IMG/VR virus record: IMGVR_UViG_3300012344_000009
Coordinates: 1-23,403 of that record
DNA: 23,403 nt
Reading direction: 5' to 3' (one strand)
Origin: a virus
Of the stretch, positions 14,691 to 23,403 are shown piece by piece; positions within the stretch are counted from its first letter, which is position 1, and each line of letters starts with the position of its first letter. The notes beneath the pieces are model-generated. The model saw only the letters and a program-made list of their open reading frames with translations, made no database searches and was not told where the DNA came from. Made by a program: the position numbers and the translations under genes.

Positions 14691-15239
14691 GAAGATAATA
14701 AGAACAATTCTATGGAAGAGAATGTAGAAAAAACCTACTCACAAGCAGATGTAGATAAGATGATTGAAGAGGGTAGGAAAAAGGCTACGGAGGAAGCCGA
14801 GCGAGAGGCAGAACGACGCTACAACAAAAAGCAAAAGGAAAGTGAACGCCTCTCGCAAATGAACGAAGAAGAAAAAAGGGCGTATCAATTAGAATAGCGG
14901 GAAAAGGCGATTGAGGCAAAAGAGCAGGAATTAGCCCTTGCCGAGAATAAAGCTGTTGCTACCTCTATTTTAGTTGAGAAAGGTTTAAGCCCTAATTTAG
15001 TTAATTTTGTAGTGGCAGTAGACGCGGATGATATGAACAACAACATTAAGTTGCTTGAAAAAGAATTTAAGGCGTGTGTAAAAGCCGAAGTTGAGAAACG
15101 TATTGGTAAGCATTCACCGCGTAAAACCGATAATGATGATACGGTTGATAGAGATACATTTAACAAGATGCCACTACACAAACAACAGGAGTTGTATAGA
15201 AGCAACCCCGAGTTATACAAACAACTTATTGGAGGTTAA
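14688..15239 (+). CDS. Capsid scaffolding protein (DUF4355-like), 183 aa
   Basis: It is highly charged and coiled-coil (EEGRKKATEEAEREAERRYNKKQKESERL...). ORFs 14688-14897 and 15012-15239 share a frame and are joined through TAG 14895. It lies immediately upstream of the major capsid gene. Confidence 0.7.
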
Positions 15240-15243
15240 TGTA

Positions 15244-16257
15244 ATGGCACACATTGTTTATGATAATTTTGTTTTAGAGAATAAGGTTGAAGAGATGGTT
15301 AAAACCCAGATTGATATGAATAACTATCTCACGCCGGATTATTCTCTTAGTGAAAGCGCCGGTATGGTTAAGAAAGTTAACGTTTACGATGCTACGGGCG
15401 CTGTTGAAGAGTTGGCTATGGGTGAGGGTAATAGCGACGCTAACGACATTGAGGTTGGTTTCACCCAGCGCGAATACCGCGTTAAAACCACACAGGGACG
15501 TTTCCCCTATTATGATGAGCAGGAAATGACAGATCCAATGGTGGTTGAAGTTGGTTTACAGAAAATTTCCGCCCTTATGGTTAATGATTTAACTGATAAG
15601 GCTATTGCCGAGATGGGCAAGGCGAAGATTTAGAAAGCCGTTTCTGCTTGGAACTTTGATACCTTCGCCGACGCTATCGCCCTTTATCCTTATGAGGACG
15701 AAGAGGGGCTGTTCTGCCTTATCAACCCGGCTCAAAAGGCTGCGATCCGCAAGGCTCTTAATGATAACCTTAAATACGTCGAGGGTTTCGCGCGCACCGG
15801 CTATATTGGCACGGTTTGTAATGTTCCTATCATTGTTAGCAAGGCTGTTCCCGAAGGTGAGGCTTATCTTGGCACTTCCAAGGCTATCACTTGCTTTGTG
15901 AAGAAGGGCGTTGAAATGGAGCAAACCCGCGACGCTGACAAGCGCAAGAACACCATTACCGCCCGTAAAGTTATGCTTGTCGCTCTCACCGATGCTACCC
16001 GTATGATTAAGATGGGTGCTGCGCAGGCTACCGCCGCTACCGTTGCTTCCGCTTCCGGTAAGGCTATTAGTGGCGCTGCTTCCACGGGTGCTGTTGTTGA
16101 GGTTTATGTGAATAAGGAACTTGTTGGTAGCGCTACGGCCGCTAACAATGCTTATACTTTTACCGCCTCCGAAGCGCTTGTTGCTGGTGATGTTGTTTCT
16201 ATCATTGCGCGCCTCTCTGGACACATTGATAGCACCGCGTCAAAGGTTGTGGAGTAA
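15244..16257 (+). CDS. Major capsid protein (HK97-fold, N4 gp56-type family) with C-terminal Ig-like domain, 337 aa
   Basis: Translation starts MAHIVYDNFVLENKVEEMVKTQIDMNNYLTPDYSL...GAVEELAMGEGN... Frame-1 pieces 15244-15633 and 15634-16257 are joined by TAG 15631. Codon usage is distinct, rich in GCT/GTT/GGT, consistent with a highly expressed gene. The long minus-strand ORF 15589-16224 is its shadow. Confidence 0.85.
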
Positions 16258-16544
16258 TGTTAGAAGAAATTAAAGCGCTGTTAGGCATTACCGATAATTC
16301 AAAAGATAATATCTTATCCGCTTTAATTTCTATGGCTACCGAAGAAGCAACAGAATATACCAATAGAGAAGAGAAAGATTTAGGCGCGGTTATCCGCAAA
16401 ATGGTTATCTATCAATATAACCGCGTTGATAGTTTGGGGCTGAATAGTGAGGGTTATAGCGGAGTAAGTTTCAATTACTCTACCGATTATCCCGGCGATA
16501 TTAAGCGCGCCCTTCAATCAATGAAAAGAGTAATTTCTTTATGA
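16257..16544 (+). CDS. Head-tail connector protein (gp6-like), 95 aa, TAG-free
   Basis: The start is a TAATG overlap with the capsid stop. Translation starts MLEEIKALLGITDNSKDNILSALISMATEEATEYTNR..., the typical connector N-terminus. Confidence 0.7.
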   Translation: MLEEIKALLGITDNSKDNILSALISMATEEATEYTNREEKDLGAVIRKMVIYQYNRVDSLGLNSEGYSGVSFNYSTDYPGDIKRALQSMKRVISL

Positions 16545-16819
16545 AGTTTTACGAATACATTGAAAACGGCGTAGATGAATATGGACAAGCTACTCTCCAA
16601 AAGGGAGAAGAATTTGAAATGGACATTTACCCGCAAACGCGCAATGAAGTTGATGATGTGCGGTTTTGCGAAAGCACCGATATAGGGTTAACGCGCTACC
16701 GCACTTCCGCCCCCATACTTTCCTCTTCTCTTGGTGGCGGAGCGAACGAAGCCCGTTTCGCTGTTCTCTATGTTATCCCCTCTAAAAGAATGAATACCTA
16801 TATCTTGAAGAAGTTATGA
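16541..16819 (+). CDS. Head closure / head-tail adaptor-position protein, 92 aa, TAG-free
   Basis: It has ATGA overlaps on both sides. It contains a degenerate copy of the pyrimidine-CTCTTGG-GCGGAGCG repeat at 16693-16752, encoding TSAPILSSSLGGGANEA. Confidence 0.5.
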   Translation: MKFYEYIENGVDEYGQATLQKGEEFEMDIYPQTRNEVDDVRFCESTDIGLTRYRTSAPILSSSLGGGANEARFAVLYVIPSKRMNTYILKKL

Positions 16820-17214
16820 AAGTAGAAGTTATAGGCGTTGGAAAGTTGGCAAAGAAATTAAAGCCAGCGGATTTAAAAGAAGCACTTAATGAAAGTTGCC
16901 TTTTAGTGGAGAATACGGCAAAAGAAAATTGTCCTGTTGATAGCGGTTAGTTAAGAAATAGCATTACTTCCAATGTTAGCGGTGATAAGGGCGAAGTAGG
17001 AACTAATGTTGAATACGCGCCCTATGTAGAATACGGCACGGGCGTTTATAATTCCGGCAGAACAACACCGTGGAGTTATAAAGATGCCTCTGGTGAATGG
17101 CATACTACAACAGGGCAAAAACCGTAGCCGTTTTTAGTTCCCGCATTGGACAGTAATAGAGATGAGATACTTAATATTTTCAAAGAGAAAGTAAAAGAGG
17201 GATTGAGTAAATGA
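16816..17214 (+). CDS. HK97 gp10-family head-tail joining protein, 132 aa
   Basis: Motifs: CPVDSG(TAG)LRNSITSNVSGDKGEVGTNVEYAPYVEYGTG...KP(TAG)PFLVPALD. TAGs at 16948 and 17125. Stop at TGA 17212-17214. Confidence 0.85.
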
Positions 17215-17546
17215 TTAGTTTAAAAAAAGAGGTAGTGAAAGAATTAAATAAAATCCTACCTGCTCACTATGAATTATTAATTTCTTCCCCGTCAATCCCT
17301 TGTATTACCTATATGGAAAGCGACAACGCCGATACATAGGTAGGAGATAGCATAGGGTATAGTAGAATTATCTACACCATTAAATTATGGGGAAGCAATT
17401 TAAAGCAACTTGAACCGTATGAGTTAGAAATAGGTAATTGTATGCGCAAGTTAGGTTATAAACGTATCAGTTATAACGAACTTTGGTATGATGATAAAAT
17501 TTCTATGATTATGCGGTTTGAAGGGTTGGCTTTTGAAAATTATTGA
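17211..17546 (+). CDS. Tail completion / tail terminator-position protein, 111 aa
   Basis: The start is an ATGA overlap. One TAG at 17337. Stop at TGA 17544-17546. The call rests on its position between the gp10-like gene and the major tail gene. Confidence 0.5.
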
Positions 17547-17563
17547 TACAAGGAGTTTTTACG

Positions 17564-17968
17564 ATGGCTGGTTATATTTCCAAGGGTATTAAGTTATCCT
17601 ATAAAGTTGATAGTGAATTTGTTGATTTAACGAATCTTCAAGAAATCCCCGATTTGGGTGGCACGGCTGAAAGTATTGAAATTACTACTCTTGCCGATGA
17701 TGCCCATATGTATATGAACGGCATTAAATCTTATGGTGATAGCCTTGATTTTAAGTTTCTTTATGAGCCTACGCAGTTTAATACACTCGCTGCGCTTGCT
17801 GGCGAACAAGATTGGAAGGTTTCTCTTCCTGATGGCGTGAATGGCGCTATTGATACCACTTGCTCTTTTAAAGGAACTGCGTCCGTTAAGATTGATAGCG
17901 TTGGTGTAAACACCGCTATGACATACACTCTGTCAGTTAAGCCTACGTCGGCTATGACGTTTGCTTAA
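17564..17968 (+). CDS. Major tail protein (phi13/TP901-1-like), 134 aa, TAG-free
   Basis: ATG follows AAGGAG. Translation: MAGYISKGIKLSYKVDSEFVDLTNLQEIPDLGGTAESIEITTLADDAHMYMNGIKSYGDSLDFKFLY... The track start at 17543 is less likely. Confidence 0.85.
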   Translation: MAGYISKGIKLSYKVDSEFVDLTNLQEIPDLGGTAESIEITTLADDAHMYMNGIKSYGDSLDFKFLYEPTQFNTLAALAGEQDWKVSLPDGVNGAIDTTCSFKGTASVKIDSVGVNTAMTYTLSVKPTSAMTFA

Positions 17969-17969
17969 T

Positions 17970-18016
17970 CCATAACGTTATGGGGTTGGGGAAGGTTTTC
18001 CTTTCCCTTCCCCAAC
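17970..18016 (+). terminator. Two consecutive hairpins after the major tail gene (attenuator / partial terminator)
   Basis: A perfect 14-nt palindrome CCATAACGTTATGG (17970-17983) is followed by an 11-bp stem GTTGGGGAAGG (17985-17995) / CCTTCCCCAAC (18006-18016). The trailing T-run is only TT. Confidence 0.45.
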
Positions 18017-18044
18017 TTGATAAATTGAAAGGAAGAATATTTTT

Positions 18045-18362
18045 ATGAATTACGTTGATTTTTGTGCTGGTGGAAAAGAATACAAGTTGCGTTTAACCAC
18101 CCGTTCTATTATTCAGTTAGAAAAGAATATCGGTTGTAATCCTTTGGCGATTTTCGGGGACGGAAATAAAATGCCCCAGATTACTACGCTTGTGGCTGTT
18201 CTCCACGCCTCTTTATAGGCGCTGGAACACGGTATTACCGTAAATGATAGTTATGATATTTTTGATGCTTATTTGGCTGATGGACATAGTTTAACTGATT
18301 TTATCGCCGTGCTTGTTGAATTGTATAAAGTATCGGGTATCATTCCAGAGGAAAAAAACTGA
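18045..18362 (+). CDS. Tail assembly chaperone (gpG-like), 105 aa
   Basis: Translation: MNYVDFCAGGKEYKLRLTTRSIIQLEKNIG... One TAG at 18216. It ends GAG GAA AAA AAC TGA (stop at 18360-18362). Confidence 0.8.
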
Positions 18363-18763
18363 TAGAAGAGGGCTATGATACCAACTCATAGCCCTCTTTT
18401 CTTTTTAGCGAAAATATAAAAAGTTGGTTAAACAATGCCCTTGATATAGGCATTGAAGAAAGTATTTTTTGGGGAATGACGTTAGCGGAATTACAACGAA
18501 AATTTGAAAGTTATAAGAGAACAAAAGAAATCCAATAGAAGGAGAAAGCAACATTCGATTATATTTTGGCGGATTTGATAGGTATGAGTATTGGGCGCTT
18601 GTATAACCGTAGCAATAAATACCCCAAAATTGAGGAAGTATACCCTTCCCTCTTCCCCCCGGACGAAGAAGTAGAACAAAAGAAAAAAGATGCTTTAAAT
18701 ATAGAAAGATTTAAACAGTTCGCTAATTCATTTAATAAGAAATTGGAGGGAGCGAATAAATGA
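18045..18763 (+). CDS. Tail assembly chaperone -1 frameshift fusion (gpGT-like), ~239 aa
   Basis: The slippery heptamer A AAA AAC (18353-18359) shifts frame 0 to frame 2. The -1 frame is open to TGA 18761-18763 through TAG 18389 and 18536, and includes track ORF 18566-18763. Confidence 0.75.
18353..18398 (+). promoter_or_regulatory. Programmed -1 ribosomal frameshift signal (slippery site plus stimulatory hairpin)
   Basis: AAAAAAC (18353-18359), a 6-nt spacer, then a perfect 13-bp hairpin AAGAGGGCTATGA (18366-18378) / TCATAGCCCTCTT (18386-18398) with a 7-nt loop. Confidence 0.8.
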
Positions 18764-21700
18764 CAGAAGAATTAAAAGTAATTATAGACGCTGCTACCGA
18801 TGGCTTTAAAAAGGGAATGAAAGAGGCGGAAAGCACCCTTCAATCATTCGGTAAAAACGCTACAAAGTTTGCGGGCGATTTTGCTAAAACTTCCGTAAAG
18901 GCAACCGCTGCCGTAGCAACTGCTTCCGCTACAATGGTAGGCACTATTTCAAAAGGCGCGTTAGATGCCTACGCTGATTACGAATAGTTAGTTGGTGGCG
19001 TTGATACCCTCTTTAAAGAAAGTAGCAAAGAGTTATAGGCATACGCTGCCGATGCCTATAAAAATCAGCAGATGAGCGCTAATCAATATATGGAGATGGC
19101 AACCGCATTTAGCGCAAGCCTTATCCAGAGTTTAGGCGGAGATACCGCCCAAGCCGCTAAATATGCTGATATGGCAATTACTGATATGGCAGATAACGCG
19201 AACAAAATGGGAACTTCAATCACAGATATTGAAAACGCCTATAAAGGTTTTGCGAAATAGAATTATACAATGCTTGATAACCTAAAATTAGGCTACGGCG
19301 GCACAAAAAGCGAAATGGAGCGCTTGCTTGCCGACGCAGAAAAACTGACAGGCATTAAATATGATATTAATAACTTAAATGATATTTTCGACGCTATCCA
19401 CGTTATACAGACGGAGTTAGGTATAACCGGCACTTCCGCCGAGGAAGCAATGAAAACAATACAAGGCTCTACCGCAATGGCAAAGGCTGCGTGGCAAAAT
19501 CTTTTAACTGCGTTCGCGGATGAAAACGCCGATATAGGGAAAGCGGTTAGCAATTTAAGCGAAAGCGTTATAGCCGTAGTTAATAACGTAGGTAAACGAG
19601 TAGCGCAGATATTACCCACGATAGCCCAAGGATTAGGGCAGTTTATGGGTGAAGTAATGGGAACGTTAAGCGGTTGGGCGTAGCAATTAGCCCCGCTTTT
19701 TATTGATGCTATATCAAATTTAGCCTCTGTAATTTCTTCTACACTTCCGCAACTCGCCTCCGCTATAACAAGCATAGTGCCGATGATGATTGAAAGTTTC
19801 GTTTCCATTATGGGGACATTAGGCGAGGCGCTAAACGGAGTTATTGAGGCGATAGTAGCAGATATACCCGCTATTTTATCTTCCCTTGCTTCTGGTTTAA
19901 CAGATGGGTTTTCTATTATAACTAATGCGTTAATGAGCCTTCTTTCCGGTATCGCCGAGGCTATCCCTATGGTGTTTACTACATTGGGACAGAAAATACC
20001 GCCGATGTTAACGCAAATAGCGCAAACAATTAGTAGCGGTGTCGGCGCATTGCTTGAAGCGGGCATTACATTGTTTAGCGGGTTAGTTTAGGCGCTTCCA
20101 ATGGTAGTAAAGAGTTTATCAACCGCTATTCCTGCTTTTATTACCTCTATTGGAAATACGCTTATTAGTGGCGTTGATACCATTTTTAACGCGGCCACTA
20201 CGTTGTTTGGCAGTATTGTTGATGTGCTTCCGGTTATTATCTCAAACCTATCTAATATGATGCTTCAATTAATCAGCACAGCAAGCAGGATTTTGAGCGA
20301 GGGAATAGACGTTATTATTGAGGGTGCTACTACTTTGCTTAACGGTATTGTTGAAGCGTTGCCAATAGTGGTAGAAGCCATTACAACGGCACTTCCCGAA
20401 TTGATAACCGCTATTTGTGATTTTCTCACAAGTTCAGTAGGCTTAATTATTAATGCTACAATGACGCTTTTTAATGGCATTGTTTAGGCGCTTCCTACGA
20501 TTATTGAAATGCTTGTAGCAATGCTACCCACCTTGATAACCTCTATTTGTGATGTGTTCTCTACGTCCGTTGGCTTAATGGTTGATGCCGCCATTACTTT
20601 ATTTAACGGAATAATTGAAGCAATCCCGTAGATTGTTAGCGCTATTGTTGGCGCGCTTCCTACGCTAATTGAAGGTATTATTAACGGCTTACTCTCTTGT
20701 ATTGGCTCGCTGGTTATGGGCTTCATAGAACTCTTTAATGCCTTTATGACGGCTTTACCCACAATTATTAATATTATCGTTGGGCAATTACCGCTTATTA
20801 TTAACAACGTTGTTCAAGCGTTAGTAAGCGGAATTGGTATGCTTGTTCAAGGTTTCATTCAATTATTTATGGCGTTCGTTCAAGCCTTGCCTTCAATTAT
20901 TAGCGTGATAGTAGGCAATTTACCCGTTATTATTGTAGGTATTATTTCAGCGTTGTTAACTAATATTCCCGCCCTTGTGGTTGGTTTTGTTCAATTATTT
21001 ATGGCGTTTATTACAGCAATCCCGCAAATTGTTAGCGCTATTGCTGGTAGTATTCCAGAAATTATTAAGGCTATTGTTCAAGGCTTGTTAGATGGTATTG
21101 GACAATTATTAGAAGCAGCCGGTAAATTAGGACAAGCCATTTGGGACGGAATTAAAGGTATTTTTGGTTTTGGTAATCCCGGCAAAGAGATAGCCGACGA
21201 AACCGCCCAAGGTATTACCGATGGCGAAGGTAAAGTGTATAACGCGGGGCAAAACGCAGGAACAGCGTATAATGATGGTTTAGCCTCTCAAAGTGGCAAA
21301 ACCTACGATACAAGTTTTGAAACCGGCGCTACCACAGTTCAAGGTATAGAAGATGGGCTTACGCCCCTTGAAAGCACAACAAATGATGCGTGTGCCACTT
21401 ATAACGCCTGTTGGCAATAGGCTTCTTACGACACAACCGCCACGCTTGGCACAATGAAAGATAATATTAATGGGGAATTAAGTTCTATGTCTACTGATGT
21501 TAGCACCTATGCTAACGACATAAGCACCAATGCCGTAGAAGGCTTTAATACGGCTGCGAACGACATAGAAGAGCCGTTAAATCAAATGAGTAGCACAGTT
21601 GAAGAAGCATTTAGCAAGATGGAAGAAACAGTAAACAAAACCGTTGATAAGGTAGTAAATGCCGTTGAAATTATGGTTAGCAAATTATTAGATACCGTAA

Positions 21701-22065
21701 ATTTCAAGTGGGAATTACCGTATTTAAAAATCCCGCACTTATCGGTATCAGGGCGTTTTAACACTAATCCCCCGTCCGTTCCCGTCTACAATATTGCTTG
21801 GTATGCGCACGGTGGCGTTTTTGATACACCTACCCTATTCAGCCATAACGGAAGCATTGGTGGTTTAGGCGAGAATGGCGCAGAGGCAATAGTTCCGCTT
21901 GAAAATAATACAGAATGGTTAGATAGAATTGCCGAGCGTTTAGGCGCTGGTAGTTCGCGCCCCATTGTTTTACAGGTGGACGGAAAAACTTTTGCGGAAA
22001 CAAGCGTTGATAGTATTAACGCACTTACCCGGCAAACGGGCAAATTAGGTTTAGTATTAGCATAA
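18760..22065 (+). CDS. Tail tape measure protein, 1101 aa, 8 in-frame TAGs
   Basis: Seven frame-1 ORF-track entries (18760, 19072, 19270, 19777, 20101, 20716, 21454) plus two short untracked stretches are separated only by TAG (18985, 19036, 19258, 19681, 20089, 20485, 20629, 21418). It has the TP901-type tape measure core (MERLLADAEKLTGIKYDINNLNDIFDAIHVIQTELGITGTSAEEA), hydrophobic repeats and a conserved C-terminal end (AWYAHGGVFDTPTLF...GENGAEAIVPLE). Stop at TAA 22063-22065. Confidence 0.9.
19939..21126 (+). repeat. Nine tandem 132-nt (44-aa) repeats inside the tape measure gene
   Basis: The repeat anchor L-[FL]-x-[GSA]-[IFL]-[VIAM]-x-[AV]-[LI]-P starts at 19939, 20071, 20203, 20335, 20467, 20599, 20731, 20863 and 20995, an exact 132-nt period. 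Confidence 0.85.
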
Positions 22066-22076
22066 GGAGGATAATA

Positions 22077-22430
22077 ATGGCTTACTTCAAAATTAACGAT
22101 ACAGATTATAGTATGTATACGAGCGCGCTTAAAATCACGAACGCCTCTAATTATACATCACAAACAAACGCACATTACGATACCGTAGTTGATTACATTA
22201 ACGACAAGAAAACCGTAGAAGTAGAAATTATCCCTCTGAATGATACCGTTATGTAGCAACTTACGGCAGATATTAGCGGGTTGGGTATGAGTATCTCATA
22301 CCTTAACCCGCAAACAAAAGAACTTAAAACTATCAGTTGTATCTTGCCCTCTACAAACATTGAATACTACACAATTCGACAAAACAATATAAGTTTCAAA
22401 AAACTTAAATTGAAATTCACGGAACTTTAA
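22077..22430 (+). CDS. Small tail component in the distal-tail (Dit) position, 117 aa
   Basis: ATG follows AAGGAGGA. Translation starts MAYFKINDTDYSMYTSALKITNAS... One TAG at 22254-22256. Stop at TAA 22428-22430. Confidence 0.5.
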
Positions 22431-22443
22431 GGGGGTATCATAA

Positions 22444-23403
22444 ATGAGTATTTCCCCGATCCGGACACTCACGGCTACGGCAGAGTTTTATTTAAATAAT
22501 TCAAAAGTAGCCGAATACGCAAACACAGACAAAATTATTTCATTCGATATTTAGCGCGTCGGTGAAGATAGCAAGTTTTTCGGTTTTGGTATCTGCCAGC
22601 GCCTTAACTTAAAGCTGATAGATAAAGAGCGGGCGCTTGCCTACACAACCGCCCACTCTATCAAAATAACAATTACCGACAATTCCGCGAACACCTTTAC
22701 TTTTCCCTACTTTTGGATTAGTGAAATCCATAGAGACGAAAAAACAAACCAATTAAGCATTACCGCCTATGATTTAATTTACCCCGCCAGCGCGCACACC
22801 TACGACGAACTCACAATAGAAAAGCCTTATACTATTACGGAACTTCTTTCCGCTATTGGAACGTTGCTTAAAGTTGAAGTGAACGAAGTAGGAGAAGCGT
22901 TTAATATTTCTTATGCGGAAGGCGCGAACTATGAGGGAACAGAAACGATTAGAGAAGTATTAGATGACATAGCGGAAGCAACAACCACAATTTATTTTTT
23001 GGACAAAGATAATAAACTCACGTTCAAAGAGTTAGACAGAGACGGAGAGCCTATTTTAACGATAGATAAGAGTTTATATTTTGAATTAACTACTTCCTCT
23101 AATAAGCGCCTTCAAACGATTTGTAGCGTCACAGAGTTGGGCGATAATGCCAGCGCCTCTACTACTTCTATCGGCTCTACGCAATATGTAAGAGATAACC
23201 CCTTTTTAGAGTTGCGCGATGATATAACCACTATTTTAGATAGCGCCATTGAACGAGTAGGCAATTTAACGATTAGCGTATTTAATTGTAAATGGCGCGG
23301 AATGCCAATAGAGGTAGGAAGTAAGATAGCGCTGGTAGATAAAGATAACAGCAATTTTATTTCTTATCTTTTGAATGACACGATAGAATACAACGGCGGT
23401 TTA
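22444..23403 (+). CDS. Tail-associated protein (Tal-like), 5' part; continues at base 1 across the circular junction
   Basis: ATG 22444 follows GGGGGT. TAG at 22552-22554. Frame 1 then stays open to the window end and continues at 1-675 (518 aa in total). It is absent from the ORF track because it has no stop inside the window. Confidence 0.7.
23326..23403. repeat. Terminal overlap copy 2 (identical to 1-78)
   Basis: An exact 78-nt match to the window start. Confidence 0.9.

Noticed and set aside
19293-20066. Long minus-strand ORF (257 aa). Others are similar: 15589-16224 (211 aa), 165-617, 20484-20807, 12082-12366 and 9652-9900.
   Set aside because: All lie antisense to well-supported + strand genes (tape measure, capsid, tail, terL). 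They have low-complexity, repeat-mirroring sequence, no ribosome-binding sites and no recognisable family. They are shadow ORFs, favoured because TAG on the + strand does not create stops on the minus strand.
1-23403. Fragmented ORFs read as a decayed, pseudogenised prophage.
   Set aside because: The interruptions are almost exclusively one codon (TAG), always in frame. Gene ends use TAA or TGA. Conserved motifs continue across the TAGs. Random decay would give mixed stops and frameshifts. Only terL shows a true frame break.
1-23403. TGA or TAA reassignment (for example code 4).
   Set aside because: Restored genes terminate cleanly at TGA or TAA with a start codon and RBS following or overlapping (ATGA, TAATG). 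I saw no case where reading through TGA or TAA is needed to complete a conserved protein, apart from the terL TAA at 9426, which also involves a frame change.

Overview
The window is a complete, circularly closed genome of a small temperate siphovirus-type phage. Its unique length is 23,325 bp, because bases 1-78 recur exactly at 23326-23403. Every credible gene is on the + strand.

Under the standard code the genome looks shattered: the tape measure is split into 8 ORFs and the large terminase into about 10. Apart from one terL frame break at 9423-9436, every break is an in-frame TAG. Reading TAG as a sense codon (Gln, genetic code 15 type) restores about 40 compact genes in canonical order:
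- tail tip and fibre genes (22444 across the junction to 675, then 682-2944)
- lysis cassette (2947-3980)
- attP carrying the 3' two-thirds of a tRNA-Thr(CGU) (4103-4152)
- tyrosine integrase (4270-5277)
- a TAG-free early/lysogeny block (5514-7151)
- replication module with an iteron origin (7167-8711)
- terS/terL (8853-10567), portal, MuF-like head protein, accessory genes and an HNH endonuclease
- scaffold, major capsid, connectors, major tail, -1 frameshifted chaperones and tape measure (18760-22065)

I count about 51 in-frame TAGs by hand. Genuine stops are only TAA or TGA. Internal paralogy in the tape measure (TAG aligned to CAA) and a conserved LysM Gly-Gln position indicate TAG = Gln.

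I found no suppressor tRNA or release-factor gene. The integrase/early block has no TAG at all and has its own consensus promoters. Strong GGAGG ribosome-binding sites and perfect TTGACA-17-TATAAT promoters suggest a Bacillota (Firmicutes) host.

Other points worth a second look:
- a duplicated ~70-nt 5' cassette and a foldback repeat family with a polypyrimidine-CTCTTGG core
- strand-biased excess of CTCTTGG
- a 2-nt frame break exactly inside the terL Walker A motif
- two classes of consensus promoter
- a promoter-to-terminator leader/sRNA candidate

All family names are from my own reading of the translations. No database search was run.
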